A stretch of DNA of 64,000 nucleotides from Candidatus Latescibacterota bacterium (lineage in GTDB: Bacteria > Latescibacterota > UBA2968 > UBA8231), in NCBI GenBank assembly GCA_965248355.1, contig OZ252098.1:4512001-4576000 (forward strand), in the 5' to 3' direction. How positions within the stretch are numbered: position 1 is the first letter of the stretch; each line of letters opens with the position of its first letter. A program made the position numbers and the translations under genes. Positions 1 through 9,750 of this stretch are shown here, in pieces. The notes below the pieces were generated by a model. The model had not been told where the DNA came from, ran no database searches, and saw only the letters and a program-made list of their open reading frames with translations.

Positions 1-246
1 TTCTATCCCGACCTGGAGCGGCTGATCAACTTCATCTCGATTACCGACGGGTATGTCGCCGAAGAGCCGTCGCCCGGGCGGTACCTGGATGTGATTCTCC
101 GCCTCGAGAGAGAGGTCCTCGGCAGGTGGGAAATGCGGGGGCCGCGGGTGGCATCGGTCCGCGTCGGAGAACCGATAGATCTCAGGGAGCGCCATGATTC
201 CTACCGGACTCGGAAGAGGGAGACGGTCGAAGAGATTACCACATGA
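1..246 (+). CDS. Partial CDS (3' end only), possibly the C-terminus of a glycerolipid acyltransferase-like protein
   Basis: Frame 1 is open from base 1 (FYPDLERLINFISITDGYVAEEPS...VRVGEPIDLRE) to TGA at 244-246. Family resemblance is tentative. Confidence 0.4.
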   Translation, partial: FYPDLERLINFISITDGYVAEEPSPGRYLDVILRLEREVLGRWEMRGPRVASVRVGEPIDLRERHDSYRTRKRETVEEITT

Positions 247-352
247 ACTCGAGACATCCGTTCAGAGTCTGGTCGGTGGGTTGTCCTGATCCGGGGAGCC
301 GGATGTCTGGAGCCTCTCAGGCCTCTGTCCGGGGGCGGGGCGTGGGTCACGG

Positions 353-757
353 ATGACCGACTTGCTGCGCGACGGGGCGTTGGTGGGTGTCGGCGGGTTC
401 TTCGGCGCCGCCGGGAGGTTCCTGCTGACCGGATGGATCGGCGCCCATGCCGGAAACTTCCCCTACGGCACCCTGACGGTGAACGTCATGGGGTCGCTGG
501 TCATCGGCTTCATGGCGGCGGCCCTCACCGACCGGGTGCTGGCCGGCGCCGCGGTGCGGCTGTTGGTGATGGCGGGCTTCCTCGGTGCCTTCACCACGTT
601 CTCGGCCTTCAGCTACGAATCGGTCCAGCTCTGGCACACGGGCCGCTGGCCGGCCTTGCTCGCCAACATCGGCTTGAGCGTTGGCGGCTGCCTGCTGGCC
701 ACCACCGCCGGGATGGTGGCCGCGCGGGCGCTGACGGCCGGTCAACCGTTCGAATAG
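353..757 (+). CDS. crcB: Fluoride efflux channel Fluc/CrcB
   Basis: Motifs GGFFGAAGRF, FPYGTLTVNVMGS and GFLGAFTTFSAFSYE; four hydrophobic segments; 134 aa. Confidence 0.95.
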   Translation: MTDLLRDGALVGVGGFFGAAGRFLLTGWIGAHAGNFPYGTLTVNVMGSLVIGFMAAALTDRVLAGAAVRLLVMAGFLGAFTTFSAFSYESVQLWHTGRWPALLANIGLSVGGCLLATTAGMVAARALTAGQPFE

Positions 758-767
758 GAGGATGGGC

Positions 768-2231
768 ATGCAGATCGCTGCGAAGGTGAACTTCGGACCA
801 GACCTCGGACAGAACCTGGGGACCGTGCTCGAAGCGCGGGACGGGGACGGCCGGGTGCTGTTCGGGGCCGGGTTCATGGGGCTCTTCAACACCCATTTCC
901 GCATGGACCGCTGGACGCTGCAGTTCTTTCTCCGTCACGACGGCGGTGAGGCGACCTGTGAGAAGCTGCCCTTTCCAACCGAGGACGGCGGCAACTACCT
1001 CTTCGATCTCGACGGCCGGGTCTACCAGTTCAGCCCTCATCACGATCGCACGGCGCGCTGGTACGATGACGATTCCGGGGCCTGGGTCGTCGACGAGAGG
1101 TTCGGCGTCGGGGAGACGGTGAGCGGCGAGGGGATGATGCGTCTGGCCGGCAAGCTGCTCCAGTTCAAGGGCGGCGAGGCCTGGTACGACGGGGTGAAGA
1201 TCCTGATGAAGCCGGAGGAGGGCCGTTACCACCATTTCTACTACTCCCACGGCCACCTCGTCTTCTATCAGAACAACACCCCGGAATGGAGCAAGCTCCA
1301 TGCGGTCCCCTGGCGGCCGGGCGACGGCCCTCTCGACCTGGACAGGGCGAGCACCCTGGACCTTCGCTATGCGGGCGAGACCTCTTTCTCGGCCGGGCAA
1401 CTGGGGGACGAGATCATCCAGTCCTCCAACGTCGGCGGAGTCTACGCCTTCGACGGTTCGGCGTGGCGGATCATTCGCCAGTCCCTGACGGGCGTCAGCC
1501 ACCAGCTCTACTCGATGCTGAACTGGTACGATCGCATGCTGATCGGCCACTATCCGACGGGGAACCTCCTGGAATACGTGGAAAGGGGGACGGAGCTGCG
1601 TCACCTGCAGGACTGGCCGCCGGTGATGCCCGGTGTCTCCACCGAGGTCCGAGAGGCGCAGACGACCTGCCTCTTCGGAGGCGACGTGCACGTGGGGGTC
1701 TGGCCGTGGGCGGAGCTGTGGCGCTACGACCATCACGGCGACGAGTGGCGCTTTGTCCGCAGGATGTTCGAGCATCCCGGGATCACGGACGAGATGAACC
1801 ACCCCTGGGAAGACCGGACCGTGGGCTACAACGAGATTCACGGAGACAAGATCGTCTGGAACGACTGGGGCAATCGGACGACCGGTCTGGCTCCGATGGG
1901 TGATTCCCTCTTCATCTCCACGAGCGCCAAGGGTTGTCAGCAGCGGGACATGAGGATGGAGTTCCTCCACGACGACGAGATCTGGGACGAGTACCGGACC
2001 GTGCACCGCATGCGCAAGCCGGGAAACGCCGCGGGTCCCGTGGCCTGGAAGGAGGGGGAGACCAAACTCGAGTTCATCGCCGAGGGAGACCGCATCGCCA
2101 TCGCCCAGGATGGTGTCGAGATCGCATCGGCGCCGGCCGACCCCAAGGTCGTCGCAAACCTGGAAAAGGCGCGGATCGAGTGGGGGCAGGGCATGTACGG
2201 ACCGTTCGTCGGTGAGGTGGTGCCGCAATGA
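768..2231 (+). CDS. Hypothetical protein, beta-rich (possibly beta-propeller)
   Basis: Long ORF with coding-type GC3 bias; AGGAGG 7 nt before ATG 768; ATGA overlap with the next gene. Confidence 0.75.
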   Translation: MQIAAKVNFGPDLGQNLGTVLEARDGDGRVLFGAGFMGLFNTHFRMDRWTLQFFLRHDGGEATCEKLPFPTEDGGNYLFDLDGRVYQFSPHHDRTARWYDDDSGAWVVDERFGVGETVSGEGMMRLAGKLLQFKGGEAWYDGVKILMKPEEGRYHHFYYSHGHLVFYQNNTPEWSKLHAVPWRPGDGPLDLDRASTLDLRYAGETSFSAGQLGDEIIQSSNVGGVYAFDGSAWRIIRQSLTGVSHQLYSMLNWYDRMLIGHYPTGNLLEYVERGTELRHLQDWPPVMPGVSTEVREAQTTCLFGGDVHVGVWPWAELWRYDHHGDEWRFVRRMFEHPGITDEMNHPWEDRTVGYNEIHGDKIVWNDWGNRTTGLAPMGDSLFISTSAKGCQQRDMRMEFLHDDEIWDEYRTVHRMRKPGNAAGPVAWKEGETKLEFIAEGDRIAIAQDGVEIASAPADPKVVANLEKARIEWGQGMYGPFVGEVVPQ

Positions 2232-3025
2232 CGGAGACCTACGCCGAGCAGGGGTTTCTCATTCTGCGGCAGGCTTTCTCGAAGGGCCGCATCGAGTCCC
2301 TTCTCGAAGGGGTCGAGAGTCTGATCGACAAGGGGCTGGCGGGAGAGTGCGAGTTAAGCTGGATCGACCGCGGGCGCCGGCTGCCGTCACGCACCGGTCA
2401 CATGCTTGACCCCGACAAGTACCACCCCGCCTTCGCCGACTGGATCGACGAGGATCTGGCACCCCAGCTCGAGGCCCTGGTCTGCGGCTCGGAGGTGCGC
2501 CACAGCCTCTTCGGCATGCTCGCCGCCGGCGGCGGCCAGGCGTACACCCAGAAGTGGCACCGCGACCTCGGCCGGCCGGGAGACCCGGACGAGACCGCCT
2601 ACCTGCGCCGGCACGAAGGCCGCTTCGTGCAGTTCAACGCCCCCCTCGTGGCCGGCGACCGCTTCCTCCACATCGTCCCCGGGAGCCACCTGCGGGCATC
2701 GACGGATGCCGAGATCGAAGCCTCCCGCAGCGAATCGGGGGAGATGCCCAACGCCCTCGTGGTCGAGCTGGAACCAGGGGACATCGTCCACTACAACGCC
2801 AACCTCTGGCACCGCGGCTGGAACCCCGAGGGCCGCAAGCGCTGGACCCTGCACTGCGCCTTCTGGAGCGCCGGGGTCACGGTGATGAAGCACGAGCACG
2901 GACAGCGCGAGGCCCTGACCCGGCCGGGGCACCTGGAGCGGATGCCGCCTGTTACGCGGCGGTACATCCAGCGCTACCTGGATGACTATCCCGAGGGGGA
3001 CCCGCCCTCTCTGTTTGATTTGTAA
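2228..3025 (+). CDS. Phytanoyl-CoA dioxygenase (PhyH) family Fe(II)/2OG oxygenase
   Basis: QGFLILRQAF, WHRD (HxD), VPGSH, LWHRG..N...R. Confidence 0.9.
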   Translation: MTETYAEQGFLILRQAFSKGRIESLLEGVESLIDKGLAGECELSWIDRGRRLPSRTGHMLDPDKYHPAFADWIDEDLAPQLEALVCGSEVRHSLFGMLAAGGGQAYTQKWHRDLGRPGDPDETAYLRRHEGRFVQFNAPLVAGDRFLHIVPGSHLRASTDAEIEASRSESGEMPNALVVELEPGDIVHYNANLWHRGWNPEGRKRWTLHCAFWSAGVTVMKHEHGQREALTRPGHLERMPPVTRRYIQRYLDDYPEGDPPSLFDL

Positions 3026-3029
3026 ACCC

Positions 3030-6000
3030 TCACCCCCCGCCCCCAACCACCGCCCGGTTGTTCCCCCGGTACAGCTCCCGCACGCCATCCCCCGGATCCA
3101 CCGCAACCACCAGCCCTCCCGACGGCGGCAGCCCCGCCACCTCCACCCACGTGGAGCGCTCCACGAAGTCGGTGGGCGCCGGGATCGGCGGCACCTCCGC
3201 CGCCGCCAGCACCGCCCCCTCCAGCGACCGCACCACCAGCCGCGCCGGCGGTGACGGCTTCGCGCCGACGTTGGAGACCCGCACCCTCAGGGTGGAGCCG
3301 CTCCGCTCGCAGTCGTAGGCGGCCACGGCCAGGTCCGGCAGCCGGCCGTCGCCGGGGGCGGGATCGGCCAGGCGCACGCCGAGGGTCACCTCGCGGCCCG
3401 GCGGCATCTCCAGGGTGACCGTGTCGTAGCGCTGCAGCTCCTGGCGGCGGGACCACAGCAGTTGTCCGGCGGTGTCCTCCTCCGACTCGTGAAGGCTGAT
3501 CTCGAAGGCCCCGGGGTCGATCCGGTAGAGCCGCGCCGTCACCTTGCGGGGCAGGGGATCGAAGGAGAACAGGCGGCATTCCAGGCCGGTGCTGTCGGCC
3601 CAGGTCACCCACTGAGCCAGGTCCTGGCCGCCGCCCTCGGGCCAGGAGAGGGTGATGCTCAGGTCGTCGGAGTTGGGGTTGCGCGTCGAGTGGCCCCAGC
3701 CGCCGAGGACCATGCCGGTGATGATCTGCTCGCCGCCGCGCCGGGCGTTCCAGGCCTCCGTGTAGCGGCGGAAGCGCAGGTCGCCGCTCTCCTTGTGGTA
3801 GTGGGTCAGGCTGCCCATGACCTGCGCCTCCGGCGGGCTCCGGTAGGCGTGCCTCGGCCCCGTTCCCCAGTACCAGCGCAGGACGTTGTAGTCGTAGAGG
3901 AAGGGCTCGCCGCCGAAGTAGTACTGCGGTGTGCGCTCCGGCTTGCCGAGGTGCCACGCGGTCTCCAGGGCCCGGCGCATGATGTGGGGGTCGCCGAGCT
4001 CGAAGAGCACGGAGTGGAACCGCGTGCTGTAGAGGTCCTCCGTGTGGAACTGGTCCATGGGCGAGATGCGCACCCGGCCGCCGCCGAGCATGTTGGTGCG
4101 GTCCAGGCCCTCGAAGAGCCTCAGGAACATCCGCCGGGCCCCGAGGTGGCCGTCGAGGGGCACGTCGTAGCGGCCCACGAGGAGGAAGACGTCGTCGTTC
4201 CAGCCCTCGCCGAGCTGGCCGTCCGAGTTCTGGTTGCGGACCATCCAGTCGATGACGCGCAGCCGGAAGGCCTTGGCCCTCTGCTGCAGCCAGGCCCAGG
4301 GGGGCACGCCCTCGGGCACCCGGTCCGGCGAGAAGGAGGCGGCGGGCGGCACCGCCAGTCCGTAGGCGTCGCGGGCCTGGGGCAGGACGCCGGCCATGTC
4401 GAGGTAGTCCTGGGCGATGACGGAGCGGGGCCGCACCCGGCTCACGGCCAGGGCCGGCATGACGGAGTCGAAGTGGCCGCCCAGGGTGTGGGGATCGTCG
4501 AGGTCGGGGGGGATGCGCTCGAAGATCCAGGGCCGGTAGTGGGCCTTGGTGGCCTCGGCGACGACGGGCATCAGGCCCTTGCTCTCGAAGGCCGCTTCCG
4601 AAGCCTCGAGGGGCGCCTTCTTCAGTACGATGCGGCTCGCCCCCTCGCCGCCGATGCGGATGCGGGCGTTGTCGTGGCTGGCCACGTCGAGCCAGATGCG
4701 GTCGCCGGCGGGCAGAATGAGGGGCGGCGGGTCCAGGAGCAGGCGCAGCCGGCCGCCGTCGCCGTCGAAGCCCCGCAGCTTGACCTCGGCGTGGGTCCAG
4801 ACGCGGTGGGGCAGGCCGGGGTCGCGCAGCCGCACCACGAGCAGGTCCTCACGGGTCCGGGTCCGCACCTGCAGGTCGAGGAGGATGGCGCCGACGCAGG
4901 TCTGGCCCGTCACCGGCGCGGTCACCAGGTGGATCCGGTTCAGGTATCCCGTCTCCACCCACTCGGGGTCCCCCTCGGGCGGGGTGCGGTAGGCGAAGAG
5001 GGTCTCGCGCTCCCCGAGGCCGTGCTGGGTCCGCAGGGCCAGGTCGTACCGCGGCTCCAGGCGGCCTCCGCGGCGCAGGTAGAAGGCGGTCTCCTCGGCG
5101 GGGTCCGGCGAGTACGGCTGCAGGGTGACGTCGAACAGGCCCACCTCGTGGACCCGCGTGCGGCCGGTGAGGGGCAGCCGCAGGTCGCCCTCGAAGCCGG
5201 GGGGCGCGCCGTATCCCTGCAGGAAGGGCAGGTGGAAGGGGCCGTGGGCCTCGCGGGGGAGGGTGGCGGCGAAGAAGAAGCGCTCGTCCCCCGGCAGGTC
5301 GAGGAAGACCTCGCCCTCGAACAGGCCCTCCTCGTCGCGGCGCAGGTCCGTCAGGGCCGCGGGGATCTCGGCGAAGTGGCCTTCGAGGGTGAGGTAGTTG
5401 AAGACGGCGCCCTCGCCGGGGTCCACGTCGAGCCTCTCGGCCTGGTGGGCGGCGTCGCCCGGGATCGGCGTGAAGACGTCCTGCGGGTGCGGCCAGGCCA
5501 GCTCGTAGCGGCCGTCGCGGCAGAAGTAGGCGGGGATGTTCTCCTCGCCCACGAAGTCCGGAACGATCTCGGTGAAGGCCAGGACGCGCCCGGCGTCCAG
5601 GGGCTCCAGAGAGGGCAGGTCTGCGTCCGGTCCCAGGCCGAAGGCGCGGGCCAGCCGGTCGCGGTCCTTGCGCGTGCGCGGCGTCGTCTCCCCAGAGGCC
5701 GGAGGCGTGTTCGTCCGCGCCAGCGCCTCGATTTCGGACCGCTCCAGGGGGCGGGAGAAGGCGTGCAGCTCGTCGTACACGACGTGGGGCATGGGCAGGT
5801 GGAAGAGCCCGGGCAGGGCCGTCTCCCACCAGGCGTCCCGGCCCCGGGAGGAGGCCGCGGTCTCGCCGTTGACGATCAGCTCCAGCCCCCGCGCCTTGTC
5901 CCAGTTGAGGACCACGTGGTTCCAGCGGTCCGGGTCCCACTCCTCTTTGGAGCGGATCTCGTGGCGGACGTAGCGGGCGTCCACCAGATGGGCGGCGAGG

Positions 6001-6521
6001 CGCTGATCGGCGCCGGCGGTGATCGCCAGCAGGTCCTTCTCGGCCCGGCCCCAGGCCATGGCCGACTGGTTGAACAGCTCCCCTTCGATGAGCGCGCCCC
6101 TCACCCAGAAGGCCACGGCGCCGCTGCCCGTGTTGAACCGTCCGGCGCCCCACAGGAAGGGCTGGTTGTCGGCGGTCCAGTGCTCGCGGTGCCTCCAGGT
6201 GCGGAAGATGACGGCCGTGATCTCGTCCAGGTCGCCGCCGCTCATCTCGTCACGCAGGTCGATGTGCGGCGTCAGGTTCATGCGCAGCCCCGTGCCGAAG
6301 CGCCCCTCCTCCAGGGTCAGGCCCCTCTGCTCGATGGTCTTGTGGCCGCCCCGGGCGACGAAGTCCTGCTCGAGGAAGCCGAAGTCGTCGAAGGAGAGGT
6401 GGAGGGTGGCCGGCCCGGCGGACTCGGCGCCGGCGGGCAGAAGGACGGGGGGGAGGAGGGCGAGGGCGAGGAGGATGGCGGAGGTGAGCGCGCCGGCCGC
6501 CGGCCTGGGTCGGTCTGTCAT
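3030..6521 (-). CDS. Large secreted multidomain protein (LamG/ConA-like N-terminal domain, CARDB/Ig-like C-terminus)
   Basis: Signal peptide-like N-terminus; GAVAFWV...WNHVVLNWD...YDELHAFSRPL (LamG-like); LPDLAV...VSNVG...VDPGDGVRELYRGNN (CARDB-like). Confidence 0.75.
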   Translation of the reverse strand: MTDRPRPAAGALTSAILLALALLPPVLLPAGAESAGPATLHLSFDDFGFLEQDFVARGGHKTIEQRGLTLEEGRFGTGLRMNLTPHIDLRDEMSGGDLDEITAVIFRTWRHREHWTADNQPFLWGAGRFNTGSGAVAFWVRGALIEGELFNQSAMAWGRAEKDLLAITAGADQRLAAHLVDARYVRHEIRSKEEWDPDRWNHVVLNWDKARGLELIVNGETAASSRGRDAWWETALPGLFHLPMPHVVYDELHAFSRPLERSEIEALARTNTPPASGETTPRTRKDRDRLARAFGLGPDADLPSLEPLDAGRVLAFTEIVPDFVGEENIPAYFCRDGRYELAWPHPQDVFTPIPGDAAHQAERLDVDPGEGAVFNYLTLEGHFAEIPAALTDLRRDEEGLFEGEVFLDLPGDERFFFAATLPREAHGPFHLPFLQGYGAPPGFEGDLRLPLTGRTRVHEVGLFDVTLQPYSPDPAEETAFYLRRGGRLEPRYDLALRTQHGLGERETLFAYRTPPEGDPEWVETGYLNRIHLVTAPVTGQTCVGAILLDLQVRTRTREDLLVVRLRDPGLPHRVWTHAEVKLRGFDGDGGRLRLLLDPPPLILPAGDRIWLDVASHDNARIRIGGEGASRIVLKKAPLEASEAAFESKGLMPVVAEATKAHYRPWIFERIPPDLDDPHTLGGHFDSVMPALAVSRVRPRSVIAQDYLDMAGVLPQARDAYGLAVPPAASFSPDRVPEGVPPWAWLQQRAKAFRLRVIDWMVRNQNSDGQLGEGWNDDVFLLVGRYDVPLDGHLGARRMFLRLFEGLDRTNMLGGGRVRISPMDQFHTEDLYSTRFHSVLFELGDPHIMRRALETAWHLGKPERTPQYYFGGEPFLYDYNVLRWYWGTGPRHAYRSPPEAQVMGSLTHYHKESGDLRFRRYTEAWNARRGGEQIITGMVLGGWGHSTRNPNSDDLSITLSWPEGGGQDLAQWVTWADSTGLECRLFSFDPLPRKVTARLYRIDPGAFEISLHESEEDTAGQLLWSRRQELQRYDTVTLEMPPGREVTLGVRLADPAPGDGRLPDLAVAAYDCERSGSTLRVRVSNVGAKPSPPARLVVRSLEGAVLAAAEVPPIPAPTDFVERSTWVEVAGLPPSGGLVVAVDPGDGVRELYRGNNRAVVGGGG

Positions 6522-6595
6522 GTATAGACTCTGTGTCTTGGCGTGAGTGGGCCGGGAATGATAGCGGACTACCTTGTCACGGAAAGGGGAGAGCC

Positions 6596-8188
6596 ATGCC
6601 GCGACTCCAAGACGTCAACACCACCGACCTGGCGGGCGCCATCCGCCTGGGCTGCCAGGCCATGTCGCGCTGCTTCAACGCCGACGACGGCGACCTGCCC
6701 TACGGCGGCGCCCGGGTGCGTCCCGGGGCCTACTTCGCCGGCAGCATGGAGGCCCACATCCCGGGCCGTCACCTCAACGCCCTGCTCAGCGCCGAGCACG
6801 CCGCCGGCGTCACCCTCGACGAGAGCGCCGTCGACAAGCACACCCGGGCCGCCTTGTTCTCCTACTCGCGGGCGCCCCTGCCCCTGCACCGGGACGGCGC
6901 GCACACCGAGGTCCGGGGGGAGCATCCCGTCCTGCTGCAGGACCACGATGTGCGGGAGGGCTTCCACGCTCTGTATGCCCTGGCCCGCTACCGGGACTCG
7001 ACCCGCGCCCTGGAGCTGGCCGAGGCGAGCATCCGCCTCATCACCGAGTACTGGCTGCCCCGGGAACGGTGGGACCTGCCGCGGCTGCAGAGAGACTGGC
7101 CCGTGCAGGTCCAGCGCGACGGCGAGGGGACCTTCATCCAGCGGCTGGCGCGCTCCATCGGCCCCCTGGTCAAGATCCACCGCGCCACCGGCTGCGGGCC
7201 GGCGCTGGAGCTGGCCCTGGCCCTGAAGGAGAAGGCGACGCGGGAGTTCTACGGCGAGGACGGGGCCTTCTGCAACGACCTCTTCGGTTCCCACGCCCAC
7301 TCCACCACCTGCGTGATGTCGTCACTGGCGCAGCTCGCCGACCACACCGGCGACGCGGCTCTCATGGCGCGGGTCAAGGCGTTCTACGACAACGGCCTCT
7401 GGGAGATGCGGGACCAGATCGGCTGGTCCATCGAGGTCACGGACCCGGCCAGCGACTGCCTGCGGGGGGAGGCCAACAACACCGGCGACATCGTCGAGAC
7501 CGCCCTGATCCTGGGCGCCCACGGCCACCCGGAGTGCTACGACGACGCCGAGCGCATCCTGCGCTCCCACCTGCTGCCCAGCCAGCTGCGGGACGTCTCC
7601 TTCATCGACGAGCCCGACAACCCGGAGGGGGTGGACGGCCGCCGGTGCGTGGCCGAGCGGCTGCGAGGTGGATTCGGCTTCCCGGCCCCGTACGGCCACG
7701 AGCCTGTGGGCCTGTGGGAGTCGTACAAGCCCCGCGTCGGGTTCAACCTCGACATCGTCGGAGGCGCCGTCGGCTCGCTCTGCGAGGCCTTCCGCGAGGT
7801 GACTCGCCGCGACGAGGAGGGCCACTGGGTCAACCTGCTCTTCGACAGGGTCACCCCCGACATCGAGGTGCGCTCACCCTACACCCACGGCCGCCTCGGT
7901 GTCCGCCTGCGGCAGCCGGGAGCCCTGCACCTTCGGGTGCCTTCCTGGCTACTGGCGCAGGAGATCCGGGTCGACGAGTCCGCCGGGCCGGTCCAGGTCG
8001 ACGGCGGCTATCTGGTGCTGCGTGACCCGCCCGTGGGCCCCTGGATCGACTTGGACTTCGACCTGCCGGTGCGCGAGTCGGAGCTGACCTGGCGCCACCT
8101 GAGGACCCGGGTCCGCTTCCGCGGCGACGAGGTCGTCGCCATGGACGACTTCGGCACCGACCTGACCTTCTTCGAGCCCTTCGAGTAG
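6596..8188 (+). CDS. Glycoside hydrolase-like (GH127/alpha-alpha barrel-like) protein
   Basis: G-rich RBS before ATG 6596; HAHS and GEANNTGD motifs; C-terminal LHLRVPSWL beta-sandwich as in GH127-like proteins. Confidence 0.55.
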   Translation: MPRLQDVNTTDLAGAIRLGCQAMSRCFNADDGDLPYGGARVRPGAYFAGSMEAHIPGRHLNALLSAEHAAGVTLDESAVDKHTRAALFSYSRAPLPLHRDGAHTEVRGEHPVLLQDHDVREGFHALYALARYRDSTRALELAEASIRLITEYWLPRERWDLPRLQRDWPVQVQRDGEGTFIQRLARSIGPLVKIHRATGCGPALELALALKEKATREFYGEDGAFCNDLFGSHAHSTTCVMSSLAQLADHTGDAALMARVKAFYDNGLWEMRDQIGWSIEVTDPASDCLRGEANNTGDIVETALILGAHGHPECYDDAERILRSHLLPSQLRDVSFIDEPDNPEGVDGRRCVAERLRGGFGFPAPYGHEPVGLWESYKPRVGFNLDIVGGAVGSLCEAFREVTRRDEEGHWVNLLFDRVTPDIEVRSPYTHGRLGVRLRQPGALHLRVPSWLLAQEIRVDESAGPVQVDGGYLVLRDPPVGPWIDLDFDLPVRESELTWRHLRTRVRFRGDEVVAMDDFGTDLTFFEPFE

Positions 8189-8197
8189 GGGCGGGCC

Positions 8198-8563
8198 TCA
8201 ACCCGGGCCCAGCAGCCGCCCCACCTCGTCCCGAAACCGGCCCACGAGATCCAGCATCTCCGCGTCGTCCATGCCGATGTAGTCATGGACGGACAGGTTC
8301 CGGGCGTTGAGGAACTGGTTCCAGTCCTCCAGCTCCTCGATGATCCCCAGCTGGGCCGCCGACTTGAGGGCGTCCCGGGGGCTGTAGGCTTCCAGCCCGG
8401 CGCGGTCGGCCTCGCGCTTGAGTCCCTTCCAGGCGTATGCGAAGGTGGTCTCGAAGGCCTTGGCCAGGGCCGCGGCCTTCAGCGGATGGCCGGGTTCCGC
8501 CCGGCACTCGTCCAGGGCGGCCTCCAACAGGTCGAAGGACTGCTTCAGCTTCTCGTCATTCAT
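8198..8563 (-). CDS. HEPN-domain RNase toxin (HI0074/nucleotidyltransferase substrate-binding family)
   Basis: AFETTFAYAWK, SPRDALK and the canonical RX4HXY motif (RNLSVHDY). Confidence 0.9.
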   Translation of the reverse strand: MNDEKLKQSFDLLEAALDECRAEPGHPLKAAALAKAFETTFAYAWKGLKREADRAGLEAYSPRDALKSAAQLGIIEELEDWNQFLNARNLSVHDYIGMDDAEMLDLVGRFRDEVGRLLGPG

Positions 8564-9134
8564 GCAGGAGGGTCCCCGCCTTTCGCAGAAAGGCGCACCA
8601 CGCGGCGTGGGAGCTGGCCAGGAACACGGCGTCCTCCGCCACCTCGGACAGGAAGGACGGCTCCGCCCGCGTCAGATCGACGAGCTGCGCCGTCTGCAGG
8701 GACTCCTCGTTCCACTCCGCCACCCGGTCCAGGAGCCGCGAGTAGAGGGGAAACTCCAACCCGGCGTCGGTGAAGAGACCGAGGTCGTAGTCGGAGTGGC
8801 GCCTGGCGTCGCCCCGCGCCCGGGAGCCGAAGAGGATGAAGGCGGCGCCCGGGACCTCCGCCTGCAGGGCGCTCACGAGATCCGAAACGGCGAGGCCGGG
8901 GATCCGGCGGCGGCGCCGGTCCCAGGAGAGCGCCTCGGCGGGGGAGAGGTCGAGGGCGTCGAGGATCCTGGAGAGGCCCTGCGGCAGGCCCGCCTTGCCC
9001 GAGAGGTAGTTCCCGATCGTGTTCCGGTGGACTCCGAGAGCCTCGGCCAGGCCCGTCACCGACATGCCGCGCCGGCGGATCTCGAGCTGCACGCGCTTCG
9101 AGTCCAAGACGATCTGGGGGGATGAGCCATCCAT
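8556..9134 (-). CDS. XRE-HTH fused to a minimal nucleotidyltransferase (MNT antitoxin)
   Basis: HTH: GMSVTGLAEALGVHRNTIGNYLSG; GSX10DXD motif (FGSRARGDARRHSDYD); overlaps the HEPN gene. Confidence 0.88.
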   Translation of the reverse strand: MDGSSPQIVLDSKRVQLEIRRRGMSVTGLAEALGVHRNTIGNYLSGKAGLPQGLSRILDALDLSPAEALSWDRRRRRIPGLAVSDLVSALQAEVPGAAFILFGSRARGDARRHSDYDLGLFTDAGLEFPLYSRLLDRVAEWNEESLQTAQLVDLTRAEPSFLSEVAEDAVFLASSHAAWCAFLRKAGTLLHE

Positions 9135-9140
9135 GTGCAT

Positions 9141-9169
9141 AGTATAGATAGTCAGTAGCACTTTACCAA
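9141..9169 (-). promoter_or_regulatory. Sigma70-type promoter for the HTH-MNT/HEPN operon, probably leaderless
   Basis: TTGGTA (9169-9164), 17-nt spacer, TATACT (9146-9141); 6 nt then ATG at 9134. Confidence 0.65.
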
Positions 9170-9249
9170 GAGGCATAGCGCATGCAGGTGCATGCCCAGG
9201 CCCCATGGATAGAGCAACCGGCCTGCGCCCGGCATGAGCTCGCCGGAGG

Positions 9250-9750
9250 TCAGAGCGTCAGCTCTCGCTGATGCTCGCGAATGTGGCTTCGCGGCGCCGG
9301 CAGGGTGCCCGTCGTCCCGTTGGGCTCGAAGCCCATGCGGGCATACAGGGCGATGGCCGGCTGGTTATGGTCCCCCACGTCCAACAGCAGGCGCCGGGCG
9401 CCACTGCCCCGGGCCCACTCGACGACGGCGTCGATGAGGGCTTCGCCCACGCCTTGTCCCCGGACCTCCGGGGATACCCACATCGAGATCAGCCAGGCGG
9501 CGTCGGCATGGGAGTCGTCGCGCGCCCCCCGCACGAGGCCCACGTCCTCTCCGTCCACGACTGCAACGAAGGTGACGATCTTGCGGAGTTGCGCGGCCCA
9601 GCTGCTCAGCGGGAGAGAAGCGGCCTCGTCATAGGTGGTGGCAAAGGCGTCCGGCGCCTCGGCCAGGGACCGCAACCGGATCGCCCGCAGCCGCGGCGCC
9701 TCCTCGGCTGCGAGTCGCCGAATGTCAGTTGACCCCTCGCGAGATGACAT
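9250..9750 (-). CDS. GNAT family N-acetyltransferase
   Basis: MWVSPEVRGQGVGEAL (acetyl-CoA motif A); NQPAIALYARMGF. Confidence 0.93.
   Translation of the reverse strand: MSSREGSTDIRRLAAEEAPRLRAIRLRSLAEAPDAFATTYDEAASLPLSSWAAQLRKIVTFVAVVDGEDVGLVRGARDDSHADAAWLISMWVSPEVRGQGVGEALIDAVVEWARGSGARRLLLDVGDHNQPAIALYARMGFEPNGTTGTLPAPRSHIREHQRELTL

Noticed and set aside
240..290. Possible frameshift extending the first partial CDS (...HELETSVQSLVGGLS)
   Set aside because: Plausible but affects only the extreme C-terminus and cannot be judged without homologues
247..352. Fluoride riboswitch upstream of crcB
   Set aside because: No GGCGATGG...CGCC / GCTGATGAC-like consensus is visible
3462..6527. Very long antisense and alternative-frame ORFs (also 14587-17697, 34908-36998, 57199-59613 and others)
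   Set aside because: Shadows of real genes in high-GC DNA; low-complexity translations with no motifs
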